Shown piece after piece: positions 37,039 through 50,390 of a stretch of 64,000 bases of DNA. The notes beneath the pieces are model-generated. The model saw only the letters and a program-made list of their open reading frames with translations. It was not told the origin of the DNA and did no database searches. Source of the DNA: Raillietiella orientalis (lineage: Eukaryota); assembly GCA_036172245.1 (NCBI GenBank), contig JAYWIR010000001.1, forward strand, positions 2,914,001-2,978,000, read 5' to 3'. The position numbers and the translations under genes were made by a program. Position 1 is the first letter of the stretch. Every line of letters starts with the position of its first letter.

Positions 37039-40000
37039 TCTGAGGGCAAGAACCGCTTCCAGATTGCGTTAGCATCCCTCACCCATCTCACACACGCACG
37101 AGAGATGCACCTTCGACGTCCTCCATCCACGCTTAACATCCAAAGAGTAGTGACCCCGAGCACACACACTCATGGCGAGTTTTAATTTTCAGATGCTCCC
37201 CCCAAAAGAGGAAAAAAACACTCCGAAATCGAAAGGGAGCATCCAGAAACGAATCTTCTGTGGGACTGCTCTTGCTTTTCAGCAGCCCCGTACCAGTGGC
37301 TGTTGCAGCAGCTGCGCGTTGTTTCGCACTGAAAATTCCTCCTCCGTGGTGCCCACGGGAAAGGCGCTCTGATCAGATAGATGGCTGTGATCTGCAGTCT
37401 TCGCAACTGTTTTGATTAACCAAGGCACTTGTGCTACTCCGCTTGCCGAACGGAGACACGCAGGGACTGTTTGCTGTTAATGGCGGCAGTGTGCTTACGT
37501 GACTGCGATCGGCGACTGCCATTGGCTCCTCAGCCTGCATGAGTGGTTGCTTATTTTATTCCTTCTTGACTGGGCATGCAGCCTCTTATTCGCGGGTGGC
37601 ACACGTTCACCGACTCGAGACGAACGACTTGCACTCTCCCCGAACCAATGAAAATCAGAAACGAAGTCAAAAGGACACGCCGAGGTGCAAACGTTCCAAG
37701 TGTGGTTATTAGGTAGAATTTCGAAACAACTCGTTAAATTGCGTTACGTCACGTCCGTTGATCGAGGCCTGCAGCGACTCGATCACTGGGGATCCGTGTC
37801 GATTCATCGTTTAATCACAGCCTCTTGAATGTGCTGAAGAGTATCTCCACTGCCTCCTGAAACGTCAGCAAGGACCGCCGCCCATTTATGCTGCAAGATC
37901 ATCAAGAGCACGCGCGTCGCAAGTGATCATTAGTGTTCGTGGGAGCTCTGTTTGCACTTGGTGACAGGTTGCGAGCAGCACGGGAAGAAGTTGGGACTTT
38001 CACTACCATGCCTGTCTCGGTGAAGCGGAAGGATGATTTTCGAGTCTTTCCAGTTTCCTTGCTGTGCTTCCAGTCGCCTTTCAAGTCCCCTTCCCCCTTT
38101 TTTTTCTTCTTTTTTTTCTCCCCGAATGTTCTCGGATGCTTCCGGGAGCGCAGAGAATCCGCCGCTGATCATGTTTTCAGGTGATTCTTAGGATCCAGCG
38201 GATCCAAACAGGAATGGCCTTGCTCCAGAGCAGTCGAGGTGGATCAGCTGCTATACACGGGTTATCGTGATCGAAAGTGCATGTCCTCCAGGATTTCGTC
38301 CTTCAACGAAAATTTGGGATCATTTCGATCATGAACTGATAATCACACGGAATGATGTGAGCGGCCGATATTAAGCATGACGATGGCTTCATAGAATGGG
38401 CACTTTTCCTGAACAAAAAAAAAACTGCCCCAGGATGGATAGTCTCCAGCAAACGGAATGAGAATGCTGTCCGCGGGTTTCCAGAAGGCATCAAGTGGGG
38501 GAACACGAATTTTCGCCGGGTACGAAAGACCCCGTTCGGTTGGGAAAAGTCGGTGCGGTGGAATCCGACTTGCCTGCAGCCGCTGTGCGTCGCTTGCACA
38601 ACGGTTCTTTGGATGTCGACACGCGTTCCGAAAAAGGGACCAAGATCTCCTGGCACTCGAAAGATCTTCGTGTCCAATCGGTAGGGCTTTGTGAAGTATG
38701 TAGGGAACGGCCGTGCTAGATGAGTCATCGAAACGTGACCAGCAACCTTTCACTATCTTGGATTTCCTTCTCAGGTATCTGTGATTCAACTGAGTTCACG
38801 TCCTGCCATTCAGGGAAGCTGCGGGACGAGTTTTTCCCATGATCTGCCGTGTCACAGCTTCCCAGCGGAAGAACACGAAATTTCTTCGGGAGGTAGAAGG
38901 CCTACGGCGACAAATTCTTACACTGTCCGTCTGTCAGCATTCCCTTCAAAGCAGTACCCTACCACCTGCAAAGAAAAGTCCTTCGATGTTCAAAAGGCGC
39001 CCCCCCGACCCCTCCCCCCCGGAAACAATGGAAAATCGCCCGCGCGCCTTCTGCACCGTAATAAATGAGGTTTTCTAATGGCAGAAGTGAGTCGACAGAA
39101 AGGCACCATTGCTGCATGGCACAAGGAGGTGTGCAGACATCCGAAGCAGACGGAAATCACGGGCTGAAGGAATTTATGAAGTCACGATACTGCACAAAGA
39201 ACTGTCCTGCCGCGCAACCGGGGCCTCCGACCAACTTCGCCCAGCAACCGGAGGCTGGAGTAGAAACCCTCGCGTTTGCGTGCTTTTCCTCGATTTTCCT
39301 GGGAGGAAAGGGAGAAGAGGGTGGGATTTTGGGTTACGGTCAGTCAATCACTTTGCTGCTTTCCCTATGAGACATTCTCGAGGGAGCTTTCGGATTGCTC
39401 TGGAAGCGCAGCATCTTCAAGGGAACGCGCAAGAGAATCTCGGTGATGAAACCTTTGACTGTTGTCTGTGTGAGGTCTGGTTTGATGATGGTGACCCAAA
39501 ATCTTTGTCAAATTCCTTTGGCTGTTTCTTCGAGCCCCTTTGCTGATGAATTTGGGAACCATTTTGACTTTCTCGTGACGCTTGTCTTTCCCTAGAGTTG
39601 GAATTCTCAGCTCCCATTGCGATTAGGCTTTTAAGAGTGCCTCTATCATGACCGTATAAAGAATGCTGGAGGATGAAGAAGCTTTCACATTCTTCTGTTC
39701 AGCACGTTTAAATTTCATCATCAAAAATTCCGTAAATGGCTCCCTGTATGCCGGAGGACCGTGACCTTCAAAGCGCTCTCATTCCCTGGAGAACTTACTG
39801 GATTTGTCGGCACAAGCAAAACTTGGAAGAACACGCGTGCCTCCCGGAGGAAGAAACCATCAAGACTAAAGAAACAGAGCCGGAGTGTTGAGAGGATTTG
39901 AAGAGGAATGTTCTCGAGAATCACGGGTTCTTTATGACGAACACAGCTGGTCCGGAACTTTGGATTCGATCTCTTCGTACCTTCAAGTTTAGTGCCCCTG

Positions 40001-40599
40001 AGAGTCGCTCTTCAAAGGATTCTGTCCCTTCTTCTTTTTCCAGGGAATCAAAATTTCCCCCGCCCCACCCCCCGTGCAGTTAGTCTTGTGGTGGGATATG
40101 TGCTTTCTTGAAGATGTGCCCCACCAAACAAGGGGGTATGCTCTCAACGACCGGCACTCTCATTGAGTCGAACCTTCTCCCAGATGAATGCTGCAACGAG
40201 TCCAGCACTTCTGGGAAGGGAATGCCATAAAGCATAGGATCAATAAAACGCTTCTTGCAAGGCAAATTAATTCCTAGTTTTAGCAGAGATTCGGCGCTGG
40301 GAACGACGAATGCTTTCTGCATAGCGGTGTTGCTGGGATTTCCAAGACACACCGTAGAAGCAACACTTGGAATTTCCTGATTTGGAAACAGGTGCACAAA
40401 GAAAAGGCGACACCTGCAAAATGCAAGCTCTAGAAAGGAACAAAATCCAGGAATGAAACATGGAAGTCCACTGCGTGAAGCGTAGGGGAGCGCTGTGCAC
40501 TATGGAAGGCAGCTATAGAAAAAAGTCTGATCCTGTTATCGGAAAGGAGGGTTTGCTGTCTTCAAAGAAGGAAGAACGAAAGTAAAATTCCCTATAGAG

Positions 40600-41300
40600 T
40601 TGATGTGGGAAGGAGGCGGGCAGGAGGGGAAACTGCTTTACGCCTGAATGGGAAGAAGTGCAAACGAAGCTTTACATCCTGTGCTTTGCAAACATCTCCT
40701 CCGTCTACACGGATGCTTTTCGACATAAAGAACTTTCATCGCGTCAAAATACAGTGCCACCAAGCATCGATATCCAGAGAAGAAGGCGAGCCTGTGATGA
40801 GCTACCTTTCCCAGTCCGTCAAGAGTAGAGAGCCTCGATTCGCCCTCAAGAATCCCAACTTTCATTTGAAGAAGGTGAAATTTCTTCCCGATGATTCCCA
40901 TTCTCTTGCAGACGACATCCGAAAAGACATACAAGTCTAATGGAACGTGAGTTTATGCGCCCCTTCACGAATGGGCCTGAAACCAAGGGAAACGGTGACC
41001 CGGATTCTGACTTGCTCAGAAGTATTCGGTTTCTCGTGTTTTTTGAGGGGGGAGCAACCACAGTACGACACGTTCGTGGATATCCAACACAATGGCGGCA
41101 TGAATTTTACAGATGGCAGAATCCATTTCGAATCCGGTCTTCTAGGGTGGACCTCCTGATGCTGTTGGGTGAATCCGGTTTCGCAGTTGCAGGAATTTCT
41201 GATGCTGATGCAAACCTTTTTGCTGCCCAAAGTGCTGCTGCTGGGAAGAACAAGCTCAAGTGTTTCCTCTTTCACACATGGCAGCGTGCATCAGACATTT
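40600..41300 (-). mobile_element. Possible P-element/THAP9-like transposase relic
   Basis: LVLPSSSTL (cf. LPSxSTL) followed by CLVALYFDAMKV (cf. CxLxFDEM) in a different frame; only two short motifs. Confidence 0.25.
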
Positions 41301-42588
41301 CCAAGAAATACACGAGTGTTCGTTCGTTTCCACGACACGAATCTTCGTGGAAACGAACGAACGGAATCTGGTATTGTCTGCAGGGCTCTGACCTAGACGC
41401 CGACACGGAAGAGCCAGAGTTTCCCTCTCCGCCTGTTACTTCTGTGGTCATCGCGAACGAGATGAGATGATCCTCATTAAAAATGAAACGTCGGTTAGTA
41501 ATTGCTACCAGCAATGTTAAGTGAGCATTCCGGTTGGACGGTGACGGTGTTTGCTTTCCAAAAGCTGGAACTCGGTTTGCCAGTTCTCCACTTTTTCCAA
41601 AGGTTGATGAACCAGATGTCAGGGCAGCTTCCGATCTTGAGATCGAGAGATAATAAACCTCAGACTCGTGTTGGAGACGGAAGCCACCTGCAAGCTGCCG
41701 CTTCCGTCAATACAGTTTCCTTGAAATGGAAAAAGAGAAACAAGAATTGCAACACGATCTGCCCCTTGAGATTTCAGTCGGCTGGATGCGAGTGAGAACT
41801 TTAAAACAAACTGAAAAAGTTCTTCCCGCTCGCGCTGATGGCATTCAACGGTTGGATGCATTCGTCCGAAGAGTGAGACGGAAGAGTATGTGTCGGAAAG
41901 TATTATCATCCTTTCGCAAGTCAGCGTTAGGTGATTTTTCAAAGTCCTGATGTCTAAGAACCTATCTACTTTCCACTTTTCCTTCCTAGACGCTGCACTT
42001 TTTCACAAATTCTGTAGACCCGGAAGGCACACCATACTTGCAAGACGTTTGAAACCTCCCGGTGCACGGGACCTTTTTAAGCCGCCTTCTGAAGAACTCA
42101 TTTCGGCTGTACTTCGGACGAATCCGTGAAGCTGTGCACTTGAAGGGTGGTGGCCCGTTGTTTATGAACCCAAGACACCAATACCAGGGGTACGAAAAAA
42201 ATCGCAGCCATCTTTCACATCACGAAGAGTTCACCTATTGTTCTTGAATGGGTACTTCAGACGTAGCTAATGAAGAAACCAGGAATTCGGGACTCTCGAT
42301 GAACAAAGAATATATTAATCTTTACGATCTTTACGCAATGTCACTCCCTAACTCTGCAAATTGCATAAAAGTCGGGAGAGGTTACGTATACAGCACCAGC
42401 TATACCAGCTCGGTTGTCACCTTTGAGATACTTGTACCGCACTCGTTCATGAAAATACGAGTACGCTTTCGTTTTATACTCCAGAAAACGCGCTTCAGAA
42501 GATGCTAAGCACCATCTTACGGGGTTTGGCAGAAATTTTCAAAACTATCTGTTTCGCGTCAGAATTTTCTTTGCCTGTTCTTTACTTT

Positions 42589-42590
<2 letters not shown>

Positions 42591-42666
<76 letters not shown>
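42591..42666. repeat. (TG)n microsatellite
   Basis: About 38 uninterrupted TG units. Confidence 0.98.
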
Positions 42667-42668
<2 letters not shown>

Positions 42669-44564
42669 TCATGCAGACTCACTCGTTGCCGATCTGTCCC
42701 GCAGGCCTCGAACACTTTCGCGAGGCCAGTATGAGTAACGTGATGTTTTGCACGCTTATGTTAAGTCTACAAGAGTGCTGCTGAAGAGTGACGCCCAGCT
42801 AAGCTCTGATGAATTGGCACTTGCACTGTCGTAATGTTAGAAAGAGCTACTTCGAAAAGAGCATCCTCAACCGCTGGGACTTTTAGGGACCAAACGAGAA
42901 GGGCACACGGGCCTCGTTCTTCCGCAAGCGGATTCCCATCATTTCCTGAGGGAGGAAGAATCTCTGCAGCTTTTCCAGATCGAAATGCTTCACCAACCGC
43001 TTGCTCTCGGAAGAGGGATGGAGCAAGCGCATCCCCTCTTGCACTGTCGGACGAAAGACATTCAGTGCATCTGGGATGCTCTCCGAATTTCCTTCCGGTT
43101 TCCCAGATATTTGCTTTTCCTTGTTCCGGTTACCTTGCCGGCAGGAGCGTTTCTTGCCACCTGGACTTCTTGACGTGAACTTGTTTGCTGCCTCCGCTTC
43201 GACCGCAGTGCAAATTGCCTCAGCTCGAGAGCAGCCTCAAACAAGGAGAATGACCGCTCGCATCCGCCGATTTTCTTGTTTTCGTTTCCATTCTGAAGAG
43301 TGGTGGTGGGATGCTCCAACACGAGTTAATTGCGTTCCCGTTTCCTGATTTCCGTTTTCTCGGAGAAAGTACTGGCATTTGTTATCTTCCCACTTCTTTT
43401 TTGAGAGCTCCTTTCAGAATCGCGGCTGCACCTTTTTTCTTTCCTTCTGAAAAGTGTTCCTCCTGCCTTTCAGAATCAATTTCAAAAACAGAAAAAGATG
43501 CAGGAAAAGCCACCAGAAACAAAGGGAAGGAAGATGAATACAGTGAAGTTCGGCATCCACTAAGTGTCTCTGAGAATACACAGAATCAGAAAAGCACAAC
43601 ATCGGAACAGAAGTGCCGTTTTCTGGGCATGCTTCCGGTACTGCGGATTTCTTCTTGCGCTTGCCAGCAGGAAGGCATGCAAATACATGCCCCTAAGAAG
43701 AGCAGTCCATCGAAGAAAAGACTTACCATTGGATTTTTACCATAAACCTATAAGTAAGTCACGACGTACACGACGTCTCAAAGTCACGATGTCATGTTGG
43801 TTGCATTTTCAGACCGCCCGTCCACCGGATCGATCAACTGCATCACAAAAGAGAACAGTTTTTCCTTGCGTCCTCTCTTTGACAAGGTCGTTTTGACCTT
43901 TCAGTGCATTCCACCACACCGTTGACCGAGGCAGAAATTCGAGGCACAGTTCAGAAAAGATCAACTTGAGAGACCGATTCCACAGTAGAGCCACATTTCA
44001 CCTCCATGCAAGCAGCAGCACCAATATGAGTGACTTTGGAGTACCCCAGCACCCTGGTGTAGTCAGGCACCTTCAGATCAAGGGTATACGGGTTAATCAC
44101 GAAGCTGAAGAAGGAATTCGATGAAACTATGACAACGGTAGCATATGTTACTTGCCTTGTGTGTGATATATCCCAAACCGATTACACGAATAAGATTTGA
44201 AGCATTTTGCCTTTCAAGAAACTAAATGTGCTGTATGCTTGAAAAAACGCTATCACAGGCGACCTTCCCCGAAATTTGTTCCACGACTGGGCAACAGTAT
44301 CCACCAGAATTCGGTTGTCTAATTCCAGACGAAGAGGACCAATAAATACGGGATCATCTCCACCTGTCCGGAAGGAAGACTCCAAAAATGTGGTGATAGG
44401 AGTCATTGCTGAAGATTGAATTAGCTGCTCTCGACTCAGGCTGGAGAGTTATCCTTTTCGTTCCTCCTCACCCACACCATAAGCGGAAGCAGGGAGCAGT
44501 GTCGTGCTCCTGTGATGCAGCCACTTGGAGGTATGAATCGGTGGAGGACAGGGGTTCTCTCAGT

Positions 44565-45369
44565 TGCGGTTGTGTGTAGATCGGATGTCCGCACTAAGCT
44601 CGCCTTTAATATGCGCACACTCCGGGATAGGGAAGTCGCCCGTGGCACAAGACTGCGCACTTCGATCCTGGATGTTCCTCAAAACAGGAAAAACACACAC
44701 ACCTGGAACAGCCAACGAAGCAGATCCGGGATTCCGCAGAATCGTGAGGGGGGAAGAGGAGGAAAATCGCTCCCGAATTTGTCCGACGGCACCGAGGTCG
44801 TGCCCTCCGGCGCTCTTTGGCCACAGACATGTGGGAGGAGGGAAGCCGGTCTCTGGGGGTCAAGTGGATCACATACTGGAACACACCCCGGGGGAAAAAC
44901 GTCTTCCAGAGACCTTGGAGGAGCGAGCTTTCCATGAGGTGCGTGGATGGAACGTTCTCATCTGCAGAGAAGCGCAGAGCCAAAGCCAAATTTATTGCAG
45001 TGTGAACACCTTGCCGCGGTGGGTGTCCAGGCCGCTTAAAGAGAAGCGAACCGGGCCAGGGGGGTAACTCAGCAGCTTAGAGCTTCCGAGTCCAGCAGTA
45101 GGGGGATCGCAGCCGTGAGCAAGCCGCAAGGTGAAGACCTGTTCGAAACTCTGGACCCTATCTCCAGCAGACAGGGATCCCTTCCCGAACCCTCCCAATT
45201 GTTTTTGTATATATATTTTTTTGTTTCATATTTGTTTGTCCCCCTTCCCCTCCGCTGCCGAGGCAAACCTCTCCGGCCAGCGTGCTCGGCAGAACCAAGC
45301 GTCCCGCCACTGACTTGTAAGTTTATTTTATATAAATAAACGCCCCCGGCGCGCGACTGGACGCCAACA
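44565..45369 (+). mobile_element. Possible solo LTR
   Basis: AATAAA near 45335 followed by a terminal ...CCAACA; candidate TG start with a possible 4-bp CAGT duplication; single copy in the window. Confidence 0.25.
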
Positions 45370-47299
45370 CAGTAAGCAGAAAAATAGGTTCCCTTGGTTA
45401 GTTACGACAAACAGGAGCATTCATCTCTTAGTCTGTACATCCTCACGACCTGCACGTGGTGGAACCATGGCAGTTTGCTTTGCAACCATAGATGCGAACT
45501 AGGCGCTTTCTTCCATTCCAAAAAACGAATTTCTCCCTGGTTCAGAAAAGCAGCATCCGGGAGTATAAAAACCAAGCCATGAAGGTCCAGAGAAGCAAAC
45601 CGTGAGGCGGAAGTTTCACAATATTTGATCAGGGAAATCAGGGACGGAGGATGTAATTTAGTTTCGACTTGAAATCAAATTCACTGTTTGCACATCACGA
45701 TTCATCCTGTTTTGTGTACATTCTCATTTGGTTTGGCAATAAGTTGCAAAAGAGCCGAATTATTAAGAGCATCAGAAAGCCAATTCCCGGAATGCTTGCT
45801 GCTTTTCGCGCTCCTGTGCGCCCCGTTCGGAAAGGAACGCTTGCGCTGGAGGAAAAGAGCACACAGATCACATCCGAAATTCACGAGCAGGGAATCTCCC
45901 TTGGGAAACTGCTTCGAGAGGAAGCTCAGACGATAAGGAAGAGAGCAGAGGAAGTGGTCGGTGGCTTTCATAATCCTTTGCGTGCGCTCGATTTCATCTG
46001 CTTGCATCCCCCCCCCCCCATCCAGCCCTAGGTAAGCTGGCGCAATGGGCTCTATAAAGCAGTAACGGACCCATGAATTAGTTTACTGATCAGCTTCCTG
46101 AAATGAACGCAGGGCTGGCATTTCGTCCTCCCGAGTGGCCCGCAAGCGTTCCGACGTTCGATCCTCTATGCTCCAGGCACCTACTAAAACAATTCCAGCG
46201 ACGTGCAATAGAGGGTACAAGAAAAGCCAACCCTCGTCCCAGCACAGCCTTAGGTTGGCAGCAGAGTGCTTCTCCCTAGCGCACGTCGCTGATAGTTTTG
46301 CCTGTGACGTATGGGGGAACGGTTCCAGGAACCAATGTCTAATGAAGGCAGAGTGAGCAGTCGGCAAAGTTCCTATGTTATTTCAGTATCAACCGATTCC
46401 TGTTACTCTTAATCCCTCGAAACAGGGAAATGGGGAGAAGGGAAATAATTTGTTTGCTATTTTTACACATGCTAGGTTTCTTCTAGCAGGGTGTGTCATT
46501 ACTCCCGAGGACGCTTCAAGGGATAAAGATCCATGTACTTTGCTTCGTAATGTGACATGCTTTCTTGGATGGGTGCAGTGTGGGCTTTAACTGTGTGATT
46601 ATTCTGTTTCTGCCTGTGAAGAGGTTGGTAACCACTGCTTCTGGCAACGATCGTTACCCATTGAGGTTTCCCCGGTAATGTAAGGCATCTTGCAGAGAAC
46701 GCTTTCCAACGCGTGCTTGGTGAATTTCTCTCCCTCGGAAGGCAGCATCCGCGAAGTTGAGCATGCAGCCGCGACTCCCGTGTTCCCTCCTGTTTTTCCT
46801 CTACCTCGAAAATTAGCTGTGATTTGTGAATTCACCGATTTGCATTTTTAATTCACGAGGTATACATTCGTGTTTTCCCGCTGCCACCGCTTGCCTTGTA
46901 ATAGTGGGGCACATAAGCTGGTATCCAGACCTATTCCTCCCTCCCTTTTAAGAACACATCACCCGGAACTCTTTGCTACGTAGAATCAACGATGATGATG
47001 TGCAAACATTGCCCCTTATTTCCGTCTTACGTCTTATTCAGCTTATTTACCGTCAACTGAATAGTGGCAGCGTCATGTAATCTGACCGAGAGCACCGATC
47101 TGTACTCCATCATGGTCACAATTATGTAGGATAACTTTGGGAGTTTGGCTCACAAATCTTTCGGAGGAATCGAAAAGATCGAGTGCTTGCAGTATCTGAA
47201 GTGTCGACTACGTTTGCGTTTCGTTGCCATGCCGCCGAGGAACTCTGGCGGCATGGTACATCAAAAAGCAGTGCTCACCACCAAGAAGAGTGAGGAGAG

Positions 47300-50200
47300 A
47301 GCAGCTATTTTTCAGGGCAGACTTAAATAAGGATCGGTGAAGCATCCGAAAACTTCGGCATATCGTGAGAATGTAGCAAAATGAAATTTTCGGACCGACA
47401 GAGTTTTGAGAAGACTCGCTGCATCCATCCGAGAGACCTCCGCACCGGCTTGCGTAGCCGACCGTGTCGAATGAGAGATTTAGATCTATGAGACCATATG
47501 AGATCTACCCGCTTCTGGGATGAAACAGGACGTGTGAGAATTGCTGGACCTCTTAATTCACTTCCTACTGAGGAGAACAGGTTGATGAGGTCCGTTTCAA
47601 TTTGAGATCTCAAGGAGAGAAACCCACGTGCCTTAACTAATTATGTAAATCGCACGAATCCTGCTAGTTATGATCCGGGATTCCCCAGTCTGTTTTACAT
47701 GTCTCCTGCAAGCCTGTTTGAGCGTTCCAGCACGCTGAAGACCGATCCTTCGAATGGTGTACACTGGAATGTCGAATGGGTTCCATTTCGATTTCTCAAG
47801 TCCGGTTGCAAATGTTTCATTAATTTTTTTTGTTCAGTGTACCATCGTTCGTCTGAAAGCAGAGAGCAGGGACAAATGGGGTTCATTGGACCAGTGCAGG
47901 GCATGCATTGCAACAGCTAGGTTGCTCTGCATCCTTTCATCAGAGAAGAGCTCAGGGATGGGAACGTTCCTGCAAGATATTCCTGCACTGCAGCAGCACT
48001 GGCGCTAGGCGACTGTGGAAACTCAGAGCAGAGCGAATGGATTGCAAAGTCGTGTGCACTTTTCGTGCCCCGCGGTTAATCCCTCGATTTGTTAACGAAA
48101 GGATGCTGCCAAAGATCGCTGCAACGAATTGAATTCGATTCCATGGGGTCCTTTTCGGTTGAAACCTTGCTTGTACGGAAATCTTCCGTGGGCGTGGCAA
48201 ATCCAGAATTCAAGGCTGCGCCAACGTACGAAGGGTATCGAAAACTTATCACGATATGCTTGAATAATTCTACCGGCTAACCTATTACAACCCATTATCT
48301 TAGTATTGGTTCCGCCGGGTTTCATAAATGTCGGGAAGAAACAAAGTGGTGCTTTTCTGAATTCCCGAAAAAGTTTCTCGAGCTCTTTGCTTCCGTTTAG
48401 CGCTGCTTCAGCTTGATGGACAAAGCGGCACGCGACTGCCTGATGCATCTTGGTTTGTGTCTGATCTGATTCCCCCCCCCCCCTTCCTCCCCAAAAGAAA
48501 GAAACTGCTTTTGCGGGTTTGGCATTTTGCGTTACGATGGCTGTTTGCCCTTCGGCGTGGTCCTCGCCGGACAAAGAAACAGATGATTGCGCTGCCCACT
48601 TCCTTTCGAGCTGTATCATCCCGAACAAGGAATACAGGCAATCCCAGTCTCATTTGTAAGAACTTCATAATGCGGATTCCGCCGTGCCAACGGCTAATAG
48701 TCCTTTCCGCTAATGGCGCCCCCGTGAACGTGATGCTTTGGTTTCATCTCGATGGAAAACGTGTCAGGTGGTTACTCGTAATTTTTTAATCTCTGCATGA
48801 CTTCACGAAACTTCAAATTATCGTGCAGTACACATGAAATGCCAAACAGGAACGTGACTCGATTCCTGTGAGTTTGCATGATTAGATGGATCCACCGTTT
48901 CCTCATCATGCCGTGACGTCATTTTCGAAGCATTTCAGTCTTTGTTTTGATATAATTGAGCGCTGACCCCAGCCCAGCCACTTCTTTCGAAATCTTTCCA
49001 AAATCAGGTGAGAAAAAATATGTAGAAATGATAGATGGGTGGTCGATGTTGTCGTTCGCTTCTTTTCTGTCTTCGCAGTTCTTCGACACGGTTCCACGCC
49101 ACCCAAGGGTGGGTAATTCTTCAAGATAGGGGGGACCCTGGGAGAAGACCCCTATTTCCGAACCCCTGCCAGGAAGGACTCGGAGTCCGTTCCTCTCACG
49201 CCTGGGGAGGGATCCCCAGAAATGGAGATCACCTCCACCCTGGTTGTCTCTGAAGGGGAATCCAGAAGGGGACCTCCTTCCTTATTCTCTCCGGAGCACC
49301 CCCGGGGGGGTCCGCTCCATTCTTTCTTCTCTGAAGGAAACCCGGAAAGGATCCGATCCTAGAATTTCTTCTCCGGAGGGATCCCCCGCAAGGGATCCGC
49401 TCCTGTTCTTACTCCTCGGAAGTGAACCCAGATGGGACGCTTCCGAAATTCAGAAGGACGCAGCTTCCCCGAAAGGATCGGCTCGCTTCTCTGTACTCTC
49501 TGGAGAGGTGGTGGCGACACACCTACTCCATCAGTACGACGCGGAGGGTCCCCCCGGAATAGGGGGTCCGCTCCTTCACAACCGGAGGGGGAACGCCGTG
49601 ATTCCTGGAAGGAATCGGAGCTCGACCCCCATTTGCCCCGGCCCTCATCGGGGGGCATCCGGTTGCAAAGGCTACCAGTTCCGCATCCGGATGAATGTGG
49701 GCCAACCAACGCCATCCTGTGGGGTGAACTCGGAACCCACGACGTTTGTTGGTGCCACGCGCAGAGACCACCGTAACCACGTGGCCTCCGACGCGGACTT
49801 GTCGTTTGCTTCCATGAGTGCTGAATCCATCCTTGATCCTTTATCAGTTTACTCATTGACTTCGATTAAGATTTACATTAAAGGGTAAGATTGGATAGGT
49901 TGTATAAGATAGTCTCTATTAAAACTATTAAACCTTTGTGGTTTTTTCATGCCAGAAAGGTCTTACATGTTGCGTATCTGAGAATGCTGCAGTAGCACTT
50001 TAAATGGGGAGGTGCTATAAATTCGGTGCTATGCACTTACAAAGGACCAAATCTGGAAACAAAAATGAGTTGTTGGAATCACTGTTCCCAAAAGATTCTG
50101 TTGGCCAGCTTGTGGTGTCCACTGCAATCACCGCATCGAAATCACCCCAGTCAGCTCGCATTACAAAACAAAACACTAAATCAGTATCCGGTAATTCCAT

Positions 50201-50390
50201 GCTTTCGAAAGAGCCAATTTTTTTCTGAATTTGATGACACCGGCGACCGTTCCTGGCATTTTTCATTCGGCTACCCGTGTCCGACTGGAGCTTCACGGAA
50301 ATCGCCACTAGAGTGGAGTGTCCTGGCAGACCAGGGTTTGGCAAACGAATTAGTGTATCCTTCCAGCAAAGTTCCACTGCACTTCTAATT
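47300..50390 (-). mobile_element. Decayed RTE-like LINE (APE endonuclease and RT remnants), interrupted by SINE copy G
   Basis: WGDFDAVIAVDTTSW..SFGNSDSN (cf. APE GDFNA motif) at about 50060-50160; IDLNLSFDTV (cf. DLxKAFDTV) and VFSKLC..NFI...HDM at about 47360-47500, in the expected order. Confidence 0.5.
49063..49790 (-). mobile_element. SINE-like family copy G, apparently inserted into an RTE-like LINE relic
   Basis: Near-identical to copy E; A-box-like TGGTTACGGTGG and B-box-like GGTTCCGAGTTC on the minus strand. Confidence 0.78.
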
